Assembly: GCA_951406725.2 (NCBI GenBank)
Contig: OX597823.1
Location: 63,116,001 to 63,180,000, forward strand
Direction of reading: 5' to 3'
DNA length: 64,000 nt
DNA from: Octopus vulgaris
Lineage: Eukaryota
Each line of letters begins with the position of its first letter. Position 1 is the stretch's first letter. Of this stretch, positions 61,754 through 64,000 are shown in pieces. The translations under genes were made by a program, and so were the position numbers. The notes beneath the pieces are model-generated. The model was not told the origin of the DNA. It saw only the letters and a program-made list of their open reading frames with translations, and ran no database searches.

Positions 61754-62503
61754 TATAAATCTTGTACTTAAAATCATCTTCTTTTGCCAAAGCACTTTAT
61801 CATGGAGATGTGAACCAACCAGTTCCAGTTGTCAAATGATGGAGGGAGTGTCACGTGCATACAAGCACACATGCTTGCACCCCCTCCCCCCACACACCCC
61901 ACACAAGCTACCACACTTTTTCCATCTACCATATTCGCTTATAAGGGATTGATCAGCCTAGAGCCATAGTAGAAGACACTTGTTCAAGGTGCCACTCAGT
62001 GGGATTGATCCCTAAACCGTGTTTGCTAAGCAATCTTCTCAACCACACAGCCATACCTGTGCCTAATTTTTCATCTTGATCACTTATATCTCTTTGTTTA
62101 AAAAATAAATTACAAAGCTGGTGAATTTTCATTCCTTGCCACACTCTTTCCATTTTATGTCCCCCCTTTCAGTTACATGTGATTATTTTCTAAGTTGGTT
62201 ATGGAAATGGCATATATAATTGGTTACATCATTGTGTAATCTATCGACTGATTGAACAGTGTTTGGAATATTAGCATCTTGTTTTTGTTGTTGTTTCTGT
62301 TAGATTAGTTGTTTTTCTAACAGCTTTCTTTCGGTATAATTAATTACTTAGTAAAACAGTAGAATACAAGGAATCTTAGTGATGGCCTTGTCTGGCAACA
62401 GAAACAATAGAAATAGTTCAAACAGTGAAATAAATCACTTTGGACATATGTCTTTCTTCTGAAGCAGAAAATATCTGGAAGTGCTTTTTGTCCTATTGAG
62501 TTG

Positions 62504-62563
<60 letters not shown>

Positions 62564-62699
62564 AGTGTAGTGTACAATGGCAGAGGAAATAAACTTTGAG
62601 GGAGGGGTGGTTATTTGTACCAAAATGCAGATCATCTGAACTGATTGAGGGAGTGGAGAGCCAGGCCATGTTATGCCTGACTGTCTCTCTGTCAGTCTG

Positions 62700-63138
62700 T
62701 CATCATCATCATCATTTAATGTCCAGTCTCCATGCTGGCATGGGTTGGCTGGTTTGATATGGAGCTGGCTAGCAGAGAGCTATCTGGACTCCAACTGTCT
62801 GTTGTTGGCATGGTTTCTACAGCTAGGTGCCATTCTTAATGCCAACCAGTTGACATTGTGCACAGTACTTTATATGTGTCTCCATCATGGGTGTGTTTAC
62901 ACAGCACCGACACAGGTGCATTTACACAGCTCCAACATGGATGTGTTTATGCAGCACCAGCACGGGCGTGTTAATGCAGCACCGGCATGGGTGCTTTTAA
63001 GTGGCACCAGCACCTGGAAGGACAAGCCTGTATGTGTGGAAGACAGCGATTTTACTTAGCTTGGCATGTCTTATCAAGTACAGCAAATCACATCTCGCAG
63101 CCCCCCTTGTCATTTCCTCAGTGAGGCCCAGTGTCCTA
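62700..63138 (-). mobile_element. RTE-like LINE 3' UTR, diverged, with internal repeats
   Basis: (CAT)n tttaatgtcc..catgctggcatgggttgg; far end resembles 50290-50360. Confidence 0.75.
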
Positions 63139-63316
63139 CATCTGCCCCCCCCCCTACACGCACACAATGCACTCATAACAATTAGTTGAGAAGTAACGGT
63201 AATGTTTCAAAGTAGAGGGTGTTAAGTAGAGGCTGGTGTGTTTTGCCTCTCTGGATTTTATTATTAGCAATAGTAGAAAGGTCGATGGTGGAGGTGGTGG
63301 TATGTTCAGAATGTTG

Positions 63317-63588
63317 TAGTGATTCTCAACCATTTCTTCTTTTCTTTTTTTTTCTTTCCACTTATGGAACCTTCTGATTCCTATTTCACTCTGGAATGAG
63401 TCATAATAGCTATTTGATGTTTTAAAAGATTCTGTGACATTTTTAGAATTAAATATTATTAGGAATTGTAAGATTGCTGAGATATTTTGTGTAATGTAGA
63501 ATTATAATCTATTTATTTTACATAAATTTTAACAAGAAAATCTTATGTGGACCCCCAAAGGTCATATGGACCTCAGTTGAGAACTGTT
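63317..63588. mobile_element. hAT-like MITE (diverged)
   Basis: tagtgattctcaac ... gttgagaactgttg, with subterminal tggacc repeats. Confidence 0.55.
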
Positions 63589-64000
63589 GTAGAGTATTGC
63601 CTGGAAATTATGAAACATTTTGTAGGAACTCTTATTTCAGTGGGTTGACCAACACTTTATCTTAACATCATTTCTCCCTCCTCTGTGCCTTTTTGTGTGT
63701 TTGTGTGTGTGGTTAGTCATGTGTGCATGTATAGTCAGTTGTGTGTGTGTGTGTGGTTGGCCATATATTTTTGTGTATGTATTTTGGTTGGTTAGTAAGA
63801 CATGTGGCAATCATGTATATATGTGGTGTGCACAACAGTGTAGGCATCTGTACCCTCGTGTACACACAATATCAAAGGGAGGTAAGTGGTTTAGAAGTAG
63901 TAGCCAAAATCTCCCTCAAATTTCACCCTGCCATCTTAAAATAAAACCCAAAAAACATTTGACTGTGTAGTCCTAGGTACACCTTTTGAAGATAGGACTG

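Overview
Eukaryotic, AT-rich, repeat-saturated non-coding DNA, probably intronic or intergenic. The tRNA-derived SINE families resemble those of octopods, so an Octopus-like cephalopod is inferred (not proven). No intact host protein-coding gene could be supported; the long ORFs are artefacts of mini/microsatellites. Contents: a ~3.2 kb 23-bp pyrimidine minisatellite, a 27-bp minisatellite, many SINEs of at least five head/body/tail combinations, fragments of CR1, RTE and Tx1/L1 LINEs, a full-length dead mariner, maT-like relics, TTAA-, TA- and hAT-like MITEs, non-autonomous Helitrons, a decayed Helitron helicase gene not evident from the ORF track, and a 5'-truncated Penelope-like element (GIY-YIG). 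The most interesting signal is a set of minimal type I hammerhead ribozyme folds in Penelope-type terminal repeats sitting in (TA)n. It includes a recurrent non-canonical core (CUGU-N-GAA, three copies), a U3-A8 compensatory variant inside a foldback, and a 130-bp palindrome with a hammerhead on each strand. Coordinates and alignments were read by eye; repeat boundaries are approximate.
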